A DNA stretch of 64,000 nt. Source: Vicugna vicugna. Its lineage: Eukaryota. Position 1 is the first letter of the stretch. Every line of letters begins with the position of its first letter. Positions 38,160 through 50,154 of the stretch are shown piece after piece. The translations under genes and the position numbers were made by a program. The notes below the pieces were generated by a model. It ran no database searches, was not told the DNA's origin, and saw only the letters and a list, made by a program, of their open reading frames with translations. Location of the stretch: assembly GCA_013265495.1 (NCBI GenBank), contig MU057652.1, positions 1 through 64,000 on the forward strand, written 5' to 3'.

Positions 38160-38512
38160 CCATTTGTGGCAGGACGGATGGACCCAGAGAGCATTTTGCT
38201 AAGTGAAGTAAGTAAACTGGAGGAAGACAAATACTTACTGTATAAACTCACTCACATGTGGAATCTTCAAAAAATAAGAGGAAAAAAAAAAAAAAGCAAA
38301 CGAATGCCTAGAAAGAGAGAACAGATTTCACAAAAAGTGGAGCCGGAGGAATTGCAGAAAGGTATCGAAAAGTTGCAAACTTTCATTTGTAAGATAAATC
38401 AGTACTCGGGACGTAACGTAGAACGTGATGACGGACGTTAGGATTGTTACATGACACGTAGAAAAATTGCTAAAAGACCAAATCTTAAGAGTTCTCATCA
38501 AAATAATTTTTT
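38158..38512 (+). mobile_element. L1MA-like 3' end; its tail appears to resume at ~39475-39567 after an ERV insertion
   Basis: gccatttgtggcaggacggatggacc...taagagttctcatca; later gtcagttacacctcaacaaagctg plus an A-rich tail. Confidence 0.7.
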
Positions 38513-38534
38513 TATTTTCTTTTTTTCTCTTTAG

Positions 38535-39360
38535 ACCATCTTGTTTTCCTGCTGGGTGCGGTGGGACCAATTGCCTTTCTTTTCAGCCATTGTACGGGCT
38601 TTTCCAGGTGTTGTCATGGCAACCGTCAGCTGTCAGGATGCTGGTTGGTGTGTCAATTAACATGCTAATGCGTTACAGGGAGCAGAGAGTGATGCTCAGG
38701 TTCCACTAAAAGTCAAATCCTCCACCGTCCTGAGCTTCACAGGTTCTAACCACCTTTTAATTTCATCCCTTTTCAGCTGCCTCTTGAGATGCAGATAAAA
38801 GTAATAAGTTTTTATTTGAGGGAGGGGCGGGGGTCTGTTTCTGGGGGCGACAGCCTTGGTCGCAAGAAGGAGAGTTGCTTTTAATCAGAATGCTGGCAAC
38901 TGGTGGGCCCTGTGGCCCCCAGAAAATTGGGAAGATTCTGCTCAACCATAAACAGGAGGCAGGTGCTGGGAGGCCCTAGTTCCAGCAGGAGAAAATTTAA
39001 AGATATCGTTATGCAAATTCTTTGAAGAGGAACCCGGAAGCTGCCCCAAGGCTGCACTATTATTTCTTCATGCTGCTCCCTGGTTGATGCATTCCCTTCC
39101 TTCTCAGATTAGCAATTATTTAAATCTACCCTTTGGAACTCCGGGAAGGTCAAGGAGACTGAAGATTTTTCTACAAATAAGAAACCTGAAAGGAAAGGCT
39201 TCACAGGGTCTTGGTTGGTTTCAATCTGGGAGGTCCTCTTTTCTCTGCTGCATCGCAGTCTTATTGGGAACAGGACAAGAAAGGGAACACATTTTTGGAC
39301 AGAAAGGTTTAATCATAAACTCCAACAGAGAAACTCAGTTTTAGACGGACTTGGCTTCAG
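38535..39360 (-). mobile_element. ERV1 LTR/internal fragments
   Basis: Shares text with the other antisense LTRs here (catgctaat, gtcaaatcctccacc, ggaaggtcaaggagactgaagattttt, ttggtttca); composite, boundaries uncertain. Confidence 0.6.
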
Positions 39361-39786
39361 AATCGCATCTCTAACTGCCAACCCCTGGGGAGGGGGGGGC
39401 GTTAAGCTTTGCTGGGGCTGCGTGGCTTTGAGAGTCTCCTGAAGCCAAAGGAAAACTGATAATAATAATGATGATTGAATTGTCCGTCAGTTACACCTCA
39501 ACAAAGCTGTAAAAATGAAAAAATAATAATAATTGAAAAAATTTAAAAAATAAATAAAATAAAAAGAAACTGGGAACTTGGAAACATTTGCACCAGGAAG
39601 GACCCCACAGGGCTCTCCTGTGCAGCCTCAGAAACAGTGGAAACATTCTTGGCTATTTTGTGCACTGGTCCTAAATTTACACCCACCGTGGTTTTCATAC
39701 CAAGCACTGTTTTTGCCTGATGTTATCAATGAACCACGAGGAAGCATATGAGCGTGTGATGAAGAAAACTGGGGAAGGAAGGACCG

Positions 39787-40249
39787 TGAGGTGGGAAACG
39801 AGTTTGCATTTGCACAGACAATGTTGTTGCACACAAGCACCCGCCTCCAGCTACATGGTATCTTTGCTGACAAGCATCTTACAAGTTAGCAGGGCCATTT
39901 GCTGGTTTTTCATTCCATGGCTAACTGCTGTGTGTTTTTTAACTACTCCTGTTTAAAATTATGAAAAAGCAGGGCTCAAATAACAATTTTCACAGGGTAT
40001 CTGATTATCAAGAACNNNNNNNNNNNNNNTGAGGTGGGAAACGAGTTTGCATTTGCACAGACAATGTTGTTGCACACAAGCACCCGACTTGGTATCCATG
40101 GTATCTTTGCTGATAAGCATCTTACAACTTAGCAGGGCCATTTTCATTCCATGGCTAACTGCTGTGTGTTTTTTAACTCCTCCTGTTTAAAATTATGAAA
40201 AAGCAGGGCTCAAATAACAATTTTCACAGGGTATCTGATTATCAAGAAC
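39787..40249. repeat. Duplicated ~225-bp segment on both sides of a 14-N gap
   Basis: 39787-40015 vs 40030-40249; differ by a 10-bp block substitution, a ~9-bp indel and three SNVs. Confidence 0.95.
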
Positions 40250-40343
40250 GAAGTATCGACATCAAGCATGCATATGTATGAATTTAACAGAATACTTACA
40301 TTATTTATGATTTTCTAAAATCATGACTCTTTTATGTGTCTGC

Positions 40344-40819
40344 TTGATGCAGCACATCATGTTGAAAATTTATTTTTCAATTTGTGGCGTTTTTTCTTTT
40401 TTTTTAATGATGCTTTATTTTGCTCAAAAAGATACATAAAAGCATCATTTCATTTATTGTCAGCAATTTTCTAGTTTTATTTTAAAGCTGCTATTATATT
40501 TGGTTCTCATCACAACCCATTGCTGTATTTAAAAAGAAATCATATCTGAATTTTTAATTCATGGGGTTAGGCATTTTATTTGATGCAGCACATCATGTTG
40601 AAAATTTATTTTTCAATTTGTGGCATTTTTTCTTTTCTTTTTTTTTAATGATGCTTTATTTTGCTCAAAAAGATACATAAAAGCATCATTTCATTTATTG
40701 TCAGCAATTTTCCAGTTTTATTTTAAAGCTGCTATTATATTTGGTTCTCATCACAACCCATTGCTGTATTTAAAAAGAAATCATATCTGAATTTTTAATA
40801 CATGGAGTTAGGCATTTTA
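40344..40819. repeat. Tandem duplication, ~236-bp unit x2
   Basis: 40344-40578 is repeated at 40580-40819 with a few SNVs and a T-tract indel. Confidence 0.95.
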
Positions 40820-40931
40820 ACCTTTTTTAAATAGAGTAAGTATGCTTGATCTAATTTTTTCTCCTTATTTAAAATTTATTTATTTTTTCTAAATCATTTT
40901 TCTTTTTCTCTTTTTATAATATGGTTTTGAG

Positions 40932-41022
40932 TTTCTTTCTTTCTTTCTTCCTTCCTTCTTTTCTTCCTTCCTTCTTTTCTTTCTTCCTTCCTTCTTCCCT
41001 TCCTTCCTTCCTTCCTTCCTTT

Positions 41023-41098
<76 letters not shown>

Positions 41099-41135
41099 TT
41101 TTTTCTTTCTTTCTTTTTTTCTTTCTTTCTTTCTT
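40932..41135. repeat. Compound (TTCC)n/(TTTC)n microsatellite
   Basis: ~200-bp pure pyrimidine tract. Confidence 0.95.
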
Positions 41136-41632
41136 AAATGCTGGCTTTGAAAACTTTTTAAATCTTTGTATTAGGTGTGGCCTTATGTTTCCTTTTCTTT
41201 ACTAATAACTTTAAAAGTAACTCCATGTCTACTGGCGTTCGCTTTCAAAGAGGAAGCAATTAATGTTCTGTCCGTTTCCTTCAAATCCTCTGCCCCGTCT
41301 TTATTGTCAGGAAGTCTCCATCATGTAGTTAATTCAATAAGAGGATGCTTTGGAAACTTAGCCCTGAATTGTGCATATTTGAGAAGCTCCAGGGTGACCT
41401 GGGCATCTCTTTCACTGCTTCCTATTTGCCCATTTCTGTTCCCCGCAAACCGTACAGAAATGAGATTACTCTCCATCATTTAACCTAACTCCTGACCTCT
41501 GCTCTACTGGATGCACACAATGCCTTGCTTAACCTATTGATTATTTTTCCCTAGATTAAAAGAAGTAACAATGAGGAATTAAGTAGCTACAGAATGACTA
41601 GCTTTTACTCCCAGCTCCCACCTTAGCAATTT

Positions 41633-42222
41633 TGCAGGCAGGTCACACAGTCAAGATGACACCTAAAGAAAGATTACATGGGGTCAGCAGATCTGCACGT
41701 AATGGGAAAATGGCAAAGAATCTGAAACCCCCCTCCCCTTCATGGTTAACGGAGATAATGTGTCCCTTTTCTTTTTCGGAACTGTCATGGCTGAGCAGAG
41801 TTAAAAAGCTAAGATTCGTGAGAATGTGAATTCATATATATGTACGTTGAAGTTGCTTTCGGGACATGAGTCCACCTTCTGCCCAGATTGCGAGCTTTTT
41901 TTTTTAAATATATATATATATATTTTTTTTTAACTGAATTGTAGTCAGTTTACAATGTTGTGTGAATGTCTGGTGCCCAGCACAGTGCTTCAGTCACACA
42001 TGAATATACGTATATTCATTTTCATATTCTTTTTCACCGTGAGCTACTACGATTTAGTGAATATATTTCCCCGTGCTCTACAGTAGGACCCAGTCATTTA
42101 TTTACTTTATATATATATTAGTTAGTAGCTTTTTGATGAAAGCAACTTTTCCATTGCAACCAACACTTCCCTCTTTTGCACTGACTTTCCAGTGCGAGAA
42201 GCCTGACCTGAGTTTGGCAACA
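41633..42222 (+). mobile_element. ERV1-class solo LTR interrupted by an L1 tail
   Basis: TGCAGG start, U5-like end gacctgagtttggcaaCA, imperfect TSD attt/cttt. Confidence 0.6.
41901..42126 (-). mobile_element. Truncated camelid-type L1 3' end nested in the LTR
   Basis: T/AT tail then gtagtcagtttacaatgttg...; TSD agcttttt (41893-41900 / 42127-42134). Confidence 0.85.
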
Positions 42223-43164
42223 CTTTGCGTGAGGACACATGGCTTTATATATTGCTGGGAAGATTCTGATACCAAACTGATTTTGTTCCTTGGTTCAATT
42301 TTTCTATAACTTTTTAACCAAATATATTTGCTTTTTAACGTTCAATGTTTGACAGCTTTAGTGGAACATAAGTATGTAGTGTTTCCAAAATTGTTTTGAA
42401 ATTTGTAGTGACTTTTCAAGGAGCAGGGTGAGCTTTGACAGCCTAATGGGAGTTTTATGTATTTTGGCCTATGGATTTATTTCTGTCACATTTGTAACGG
42501 CCACTGCTTCAGGAACAACAACCGTTCCGTCTTACCTGCCCTTTATCTGCATCATATCCCCTCTAATTGTGCTCAGCCCATCGGCAGTCATGGTATAATC
42601 TCTTTTATATCTGTTTGTTCACTGATCAAACTGAGATCAGACTTAATCATTTCAGTAGATAATATATACTGCATTCTGACATATTTCAGATAAATTTCCC
42701 ATTTTGAATGAACAAGGTCTACACTTTACATCTAATGTGCTACAGGTTATTGTGTCTTATTTTGTACTTCTTCTTTATAACGTACATACATATGAATTCA
42801 CGTACACATGAATCTTAGCTTTTTAAATTTTTCATGGTTTCATGAATTTCCTTTAAAACTTTTATTATATTCCTATTTTCAGATAAATAAATTTTACATT
42901 TGTACACTTGTAATTTGGCTTGTGTTTCTTTCATGGAAAGTTTTTTTAAATCTTCTGATTCCTTCTGATCTCTGCCAACATGATTGTCTCATCAGCATGT
43001 TATCTTATTTTTAATCTTTTTGTCCTCAGATTTACTAGGAGGAATTTTGTCAGGAAATTTATTTTGTTTGCTGAAACATTCTTTACCATGTATTCTACAC
43101 CAGTCATTTATTAATTAGATTCTAACTTCACTTTTTTAGTAAGTTATTCATTAGAATTTTTTAA

Positions 43165-43265
43165 CTTTTTTTTAAAATTGAGTTATAGTCAGTTTACATG
43201 CTATGTCAATTTTTTGTGTACAGCAAAATACTTCAGTCATACATGAATATACATATATTCATATC
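43165..43265 (-). mobile_element. Very short camelid-type L1 3' end
   Basis: ttttaaaattgagttatagtcagtttaca...catgaatatacatatattcat. Confidence 0.7.
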
Positions 43266-43332
43266 ACTAGACCCTTATCTTGATTTTACGTATAAATCTT
43301 GCAGGAAATTTCTATTGTTGAACTTATTTTTT

Positions 43333-43781
43333 ATAATAATCAATTGTATTAGTTATACCCAGAAAGCATTTGTTAAGGGTTTGAGGAAATGGATTAGAGC
43401 AGAAAGTAACTTCATTATTTCCAAAATTTCTTCCATCAATTTTGTTCTGATCCAAGTCCACTTTTTGCACAGTGTTGGTGGTTTCATGGTTACCATAGCT
43501 GCCTTCCATTCTTGACCACATTTCCCTTCACTTGCTGAAATCTCTCCGTGTTCGCAAATAATAATCAATTGTATTAGTTATACCCAGTAAGAATTTGTTA
43601 AGGGTTTGAGGAGATGGATTAGAGCAGAAAGTAACTTCATTATTTCCAAAATTTCTTCCATCAATTTTGTTCTGATCCAAGTCCACTTTTTGCACAGTGT
43701 TGGTGGTTTCATGGTTACCATAGCTGCCTTCCATTCTTGACCACATTTCCCTTCACTTGCTGAAATCTCTCCGTGTTCGCA
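43333..43781. repeat. Tandem duplication, 225-bp unit x2
   Basis: 43333-43556 is repeated at 43558-43781 with three SNVs, all in the first 60 bp. Confidence 0.95.
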
Positions 43782-44519
43782 CACAGCTTCTTTTGTCCCA
43801 AAGGTTTGCAAGCCGACCATCAAATCTTGAAAGGTGTATTTTGCCATGAAAGGCGAACCTGTTGAAGGAAGTTGACATTCCCTTCTATGCAGAGCAGGCT
43901 CACCTGCTTTCTGAAAAGGGCTTAGTGAATTTTGAACTTTTCTTTGAGCAGAATGTTTGAAATCATGCAATCTGAAGAGGCAAATAAGGCGAAGCCATTC
44001 CTCACACTGCAGAAAAATCAGCAGAAGCTTTCAAACATAGGAGTTATGAAATGACCCAGCTGGGATTCTTTGTAAGCCATGTGGCGAGCTATTACTCAGA
44101 GCACCGAATACGTAGCTTCGCTTCCTGCGATGTTTCTCTGAAAAGCAGTTGAAAAGAATCGACTGGCTGCATTTCAAGATGAAAACTGGTGTGCACCATT
44201 CAATCAGGAATTTCTCTACTTTTCTTAAAACTTCAGACTTTCTGATTACTTAAATTACAGTTAAACCATGGCCCCTTAAGTAAATCACTGAGGTTATGTA
44301 ACACAATAAACATTAGCGACATAGCAAACTAGCATGGCAGAGAGCATATAGGATTTCAGATCAAAGAAATTGGAGAGCAGAATTTATTGCACAAGTTTCT
44401 AGCTAAGAAAAATAAATTTCCCAAATTTTTAACCAGGCGTAATGAGAACACAGACCAAAGAGTGTAAGTATTTTATAATGAGCGAGTGAGAAAGTATTTG
44501 TGAATATTGATTTTAAAAT

Positions 44520-45242
44520 ATATCTCTGACACCCATTGGGATGGCTACTAAAAAAAAAAAAGTTGGCAAAGATGTGGAGAAATTGGAAACTTTTGCTTGC
44601 TTGGTGGGAATGTAAACTGGTGCAGCCACTGTGGAAATTAGTACGGAGGCTTCTCTATATTTAAGGGTAGAACTACTGCATGATCCAGCAACCCTACTTC
44701 TCAGTATATATGCAAAATTTTTGAAAAAAGCAGCCTTAAAAAGGTACACACTTTCATAGTAGCATTGTTCAGAGTAGCTAAAAGTGGAAGTGATCCAAGT
44801 TCCAGTGGTGGATGAATGGATAAACAAACTGTGGCATCCACATACAATGGAATATTATGCAGCCTTCAAAAAGGAAGGGACTTCTGCCACGTGCCACAGC
44901 ATGGGTGAACTTAGAGGACACAAGGCTAAGTGAAATAAGCCAGGGTCAAATGTGTGATTCTACTCATAGGAAGTTCCTAGAATTGTCAAATACAGTGAAG
45001 AGGCAAAGTACAAAGTACAATGGTGGTTTGCAGGGGTTGGAAGGATGGGAAAATGGGGAGTTAATGTTTGATGGGTACAGAGTTTCAGCTGGGGGAAGAT
45101 GAACAGTTCTGAAGACAGATGGTGATAACAGTTGCATAACAAGATGTGTGCACTTAGTATCACTGAAGTGTACACTGAAAAATGGTTATGATGGTAAATT
45201 TAAGTGATGTGTATTTTACCACAATAAAAATTGGGAAAAAAC
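44520..45242 (+). mobile_element. L1MB-like 3' end
   Basis: gttggcaaagatgtggagaaattggaa...gatgaatggataaacaaa...gtgtattttaccacaataaaaa. Confidence 0.85.
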
Positions 45243-46000
45243 TATAATATTTTATCAACATCACAGTTATTAGTGTGGACCATTCCTAAGAGACTCACTG
45301 AAGCTTATTGCTGAAAATAGAAACAATCTCATTGCTGCCATTAGATCAGAAAGAATTAAGAAAGGTCACAGGCTTTGAGGCATATGCCAGGCAGGATCCA
45401 AAAGCCAAAGATAAGTGGGTGGAGGGATTAATTGATAAAGATGGTCCCAAGTACGTTTGCTGGGACAAGACCAAGGTCAGGAAAAAATAAACATGCTGGA
45501 CATTTTTTTCTCTGTATAAAAGATAAATTGAAAGTTTGAACTCATGATTAGGGAGCTCCTAGTATGTCTGCTTTAGAAATAGTTGCACATGCTCTACTAA
45601 GTAGATTTAATTTTTTTTTAAATTTCTTGTGCAGAATAGGTATTACATGTCAATGGCAAAATTTCAGTAGATATACAATGAAATAGAAGGAAAAGTATGC
45701 TTTCTTCATTTCTTCCAAACTATTATATCTAAGTGGATTTTAAAATATAGTTATTAATTCAGTGTATTCCAGTTTTTCAGTAGCTTGTTAAAAATATTAA
45801 AAAAATTCTTATTCACAAATAACATAATGTTTGACACATATAGAAAAGAACCATGACAGTCCTTTATGATAAACAAAAATCTATGAAAAACAAAACTGTA
45901 ACAACAAAAATGTAGATCAAAATTTTACTAAAATCCAGTAAATAATTAATTGAGATGAATAGAAGGTGATTCCACATACCTGTACTGAAAATATAATTAA

Positions 46001-46410
46001 GCCAGAAAGAGAAAGAAAAATACCATGTGATATAACTCATATGTGGAATTAAAGAAAAAAGAAAGAAGGAAAGAAAAAAAGAGGACATTAATGAACTCAT
46101 GTACAAAACAGAAACAGACTTGCAGACATAGTAAACAATTTTATTGTTACCAGGGGAAAGGGGGTGGGAGGGGATAAATTTGGGAGTTTGAGATTTGCAG
46201 AGTTTAACCACTATATATAAAAATAGATTAAAAAAATTTTCCTCTGTATAGCACAGGGAACTATATTGAATATTTTATAATAAGCTTTAATGAAAAATAT
46301 TATGAAAATGAATATTTACATGTGTATTTACATGACGGGGACATAGTGCTGGAGACCAGAAATTGACACATTGTAACTGACTAGACTTCAATCAAAAAAA
46401 AAAAAGGAAA
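46001..46410 (+). mobile_element. Camelid-type L1 3' UTR insertion with TSD
   Basis: G-rich tract at ~46153-46185 and A tail; TSD gaaaatataattaa (45987-46000) / gaaaacatgattaa (46411-46424). Confidence 0.9.
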
Positions 46411-46998
46411 GAAAACATGATTAAAACCATAAGATGTAAATATAGAAATGCTATATTCCATTGAATTGACACAAGCCCCAGTGGGCTGCCCACATTCAAT
46501 TGGAGGACGTTACACAATTGCATGGCTTGTTGAAAATCGCTGAAGTGTGCACCTCCTACACTGGGGTAAAGGCATGTGTACCATGACAGTAAGTGACACA
46601 CGTGGAATATTGTCAGGATGCAGAATATTATCAGCCATGAACACATGGTTTATATCTCAAAGCCTTGGGCTAAAATAAACCCACCACCAAATTTTAAGAA
46701 ATGATGACATATCATTTCTGACTTCAAATACTGCTTCAAACAGTAAGGTGCACATTCTAGAAGTCGTTTCAGCTAAAACAAGCAAGGAATGACTCTAATT
46801 GCTATGAAATGTAGCCAGGAAACTCAGACCATAATTTTTCCTTTTACCCTCATATTCTTAGCACAGCCTCCAGACCTTAACTTTAGGATTCTGTATTATA
46901 TAATGAGATTTTCACTTATTAAATACAGTTTCAGGGACAACTGAATATTGGAGTAATTTTCGTGTGACTTAGCTTTTCTAGTGACCTGATCTTCTTTT

Positions 46999-47198
46999 TA
47001 TTTTTTTTTAATTGCGTTATAGTCAGTTTACAATGTCATGTCCATTTCTGGTGCACAGCACAATTTTTCAGTCCTACATGAATACACATATATTCATTTT
47101 CATATTCTTTTTCACCGTGAGCTACTACAAGATATTGAATATACTTCCCGTGCTCTACAGTATAAACTCATTTACCTATTTTGTGTCTATTAGTCAGT
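46999..47198 (-). mobile_element. Truncated camelid-type L1 3' end with TSD
   Basis: Same family as 41901-42126; flanks ctgatcttctttt / ctgatcccctttt. Confidence 0.85.
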
Positions 47199-48256
47199 CT
47201 GATCCCCTTTTTAATTTAATTTCCCATGAGTAAAGAAATGCAATACTCCAACCAAAGGAAAGTGAGTTCTCAGAATGCATGAAACTTTTCCTGACCACCC
47301 ATCTTCTTTGCCAAATATTTTTTTGTGTCAATGATCATACCAGGTATGAATATAAGATAATTTCAAGGGAAGAAGTTAAATGATCTTCAGACTCTAGTAA
47401 TAAAATCCATGTGAGCAATAAAAGTAAAGCGCTAAAGTAAAAAGGAACAATGATTTTTTTTTATTTCTGGAGGAATATTCCATGGGAAGTTTCCGAGCTC
47501 TGCTGAGGATCACACCACATGAGGAAACACGGTCCTTCTAATCTCTCTTGAGGCCATGACCTTTTTTTTTTTTGAATTCCAATGAATCATTGCAGACACG
47601 ATTTTTGGAAAAAAAATGAAAATGAACGTTACAATTTCAAACTTATAAAAGCCCTGTTTTAAAAGTGGATACAACAAACTTAAAATTACTTTGTGGTAAT
47701 TTCTAAATGACTTCTAAATTTCTATAAAATGTTATACATGCTTACTCTGAATTTCTTTCCTTCTCTACTGAAGGACTAGTGACAAAGATTTTGTGAGCAT
47801 AAACCTCAGTGCAGACCACATGATGAAAAGCAAATGGTGATGCTTCTTGACAGAATTGCTAAAATGTATATAATAGTGATACTACAGANNNNNNNNNNNN
47901 NNACTATTTATTGTTTCTTAAGATATCCAATAGAATAATGTCAAATTGAATTTCAATGAAATCTGTTCAATGAAGGACTAAATGACTGGCCAAGGAAACA
48001 ACTTTTCAATGATATAGATTTAATTTAAGAATAAGCTTAAAATACTTGAGAAAATGTTTCACTATACATTATGTCAGAATATTGTCCATGAATATTATTT
48101 CTCAAAAATTGTTAATAAAAATTGAGAAGCATATAATTTAAGGTTATGTTTTCTCTGCAGATTTTGCTTCAGGTAGATCAATACGGACCTTCAAACAATC
48201 ACAATAGGGAATTCTAGGATTCTTTTGAAAATCAAGTCACATTGATAAGCTTATTC

Positions 48257-48765
48257 ATAAACATAGCCACTTCGCCTCTCCAAAGAATGTAGTGATGACC
48301 TAAGAGAAGTGTTATGGTTTCATTCTAAGAATACAGTACAAGGTTGTCTCTAGCAATTTGAAAATGATAATGGAAGAACTGAAATTCTGCGTTATTGCAT
48401 TTTCAGTGTTGTAATTGATAACTTTTGATTAAAATTGCCCATTGCAGTCAAACTCCACATACAAGAAAACTGAAATAAACCTACAGACATTGTTGTTAAG
48501 TAATTTCACTAATAAACATAGCCACTTCGCCTCTCCAAAGAATGTAGTGATGACCTAAGAGAAGTGTTATGGTTTCATTCTAAGAATACAGTACAAGGTT
48601 GTCTCTAGCAATTTGAAAATGATAATGGAAGAACTGAAATTCTGCGTTATTGCATTTTCAGTTTTGTAATTGATAACTTTTGGTTAAAATTGCCCATTGC
48701 ATTCAAACTCCACATACAAGAAAACTGAAATAAACCTACAGATATTGTTGTTAAGTAATTTCACT
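48257..48765. repeat. Tandem duplication, 255-bp unit x2
   Basis: 48257-48510 is repeated at 48512-48765 with four SNVs, all in the last ~110 bp. Confidence 0.95.
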
Positions 48766-49512
48766 TTCTGGTGAACCCCAAGATGAATTATTTGATGCAT
48801 TTACCCCCAGATAACTTACAGATTTTATACAGTTTATGCACATGTTGGAAAAAAGCCAATTAAATATTGGATGAAATATGTAGCCTTACTACAACTCTCC
48901 CCATACCAATTTCTGTCCACAGAGTTTGAGTTTGAATGATGAATATGCATTTCAATCTTACAGATTCCTGCAAAATGATTTAAAAAAATAGTATAACTAC
49001 ATCCTGTAAAGGAATAACCATGCCCTGGCTCTCCCCTGCTCTATGTGCGTTAATATGGTTTCAAAACCCACACATGCAATTTGTCAAGGATGAGACTGGC
49101 ATACATTTTAGTGTGAGCGAAATAATGGGTGTTCAGCTGGGAGTGAAGGTTGTAAGTTTTCTATTTCAAAAATGGGATGAATGACATTGTATGCCCAGCC
49201 CGGTGGGACAATGCCTTTGGGTCACCAAGGCCACACCAACAGGGAATTAGAAAATCTGCCCATCAAAACTGACTATCTGATGAGATTAAGCACTTGATGG
49301 GCACCATTCTAGAGGAGGCAGCTTTCATTTCTTTGTGTGCTTACTTTTTGATGAAGTGATTAGCTCTTTGCAGCAAGAGAATAGAAGGTATCTGAATTTC
49401 TCTTCAGTTTTAAAGCTGAGAAACAATGTTTCTCATACCTTCATCACCATCTGGACCATCCAGGCTGTTTAACGTGCTAACTTGATGTGTGGTTAGATTC
49501 AAGAATTTGGCC

Positions 49513-50154
49513 TAGGGAATAGATTTACCATATGATCCAGCAATCCCACTCCTGGGCATGTACCCAGAGGGAACTCAAATTCACAAAGACACCTGCACCC
49601 CAATGTTCATAGCAGCACTATTTACAACAGCCAAGACATAGAAGCAACCTAAATGTCCATCAACAGATGACTAGATAAAGATATGCTATATTTATACAAT
49701 GGAATACTACTCAGCCATAAAAACTGACAACATAATGCCATTTGCAGCAACATGGATGTTCCTGGAGAATGTCATTCTAAGTGAAGTAAGCCAGAAAGAG
49801 AAAGAAAAATACCATATGAGATCGCTCATATGTGGAATCTAAAAAAAAAAAAAAAACATAAATACAAAACAGAAATAGACTCATAGACATAAAATACAAA
49901 GTTATGGTTGCCAGGGGTGAGGGAGTGGGAAGGGACAGACTGGGAGTTTGAAATTTGTGGATACTATAGGTATATATAGAATAGATAAACAAGTTTATAT
50001 ATACAAGATCTTGAGGTAGCTCATGGTGAAAAGAATGACAATGAATATATGTATGTTCGTGTATAGCTGAAAAATTGTGCTCTAAGCTGGAAATTGAGAC
50101 AACATTGTAAAAATGACTATAACTCATTAGAAAAAAAAGTATCTTGAAAAAAAA
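49513..50154 (+). mobile_element. Young 5'-truncated camelid-type L1 with perfect 12-bp TSD
   Basis: ORF2 end, 3' UTR and A tail; AAGAATTTGGCC at 49501-49512 and 50155-50166. Confidence 0.95.

Noticed and set aside
43324..43970. Duplicated peptide ORFs (MWSRMEGSYGN..., MVTMKPPTLCKK...) as a repeat-domain gene
   Set aside because: Explained by the 225-bp tandem duplication; no recognisable protein family.
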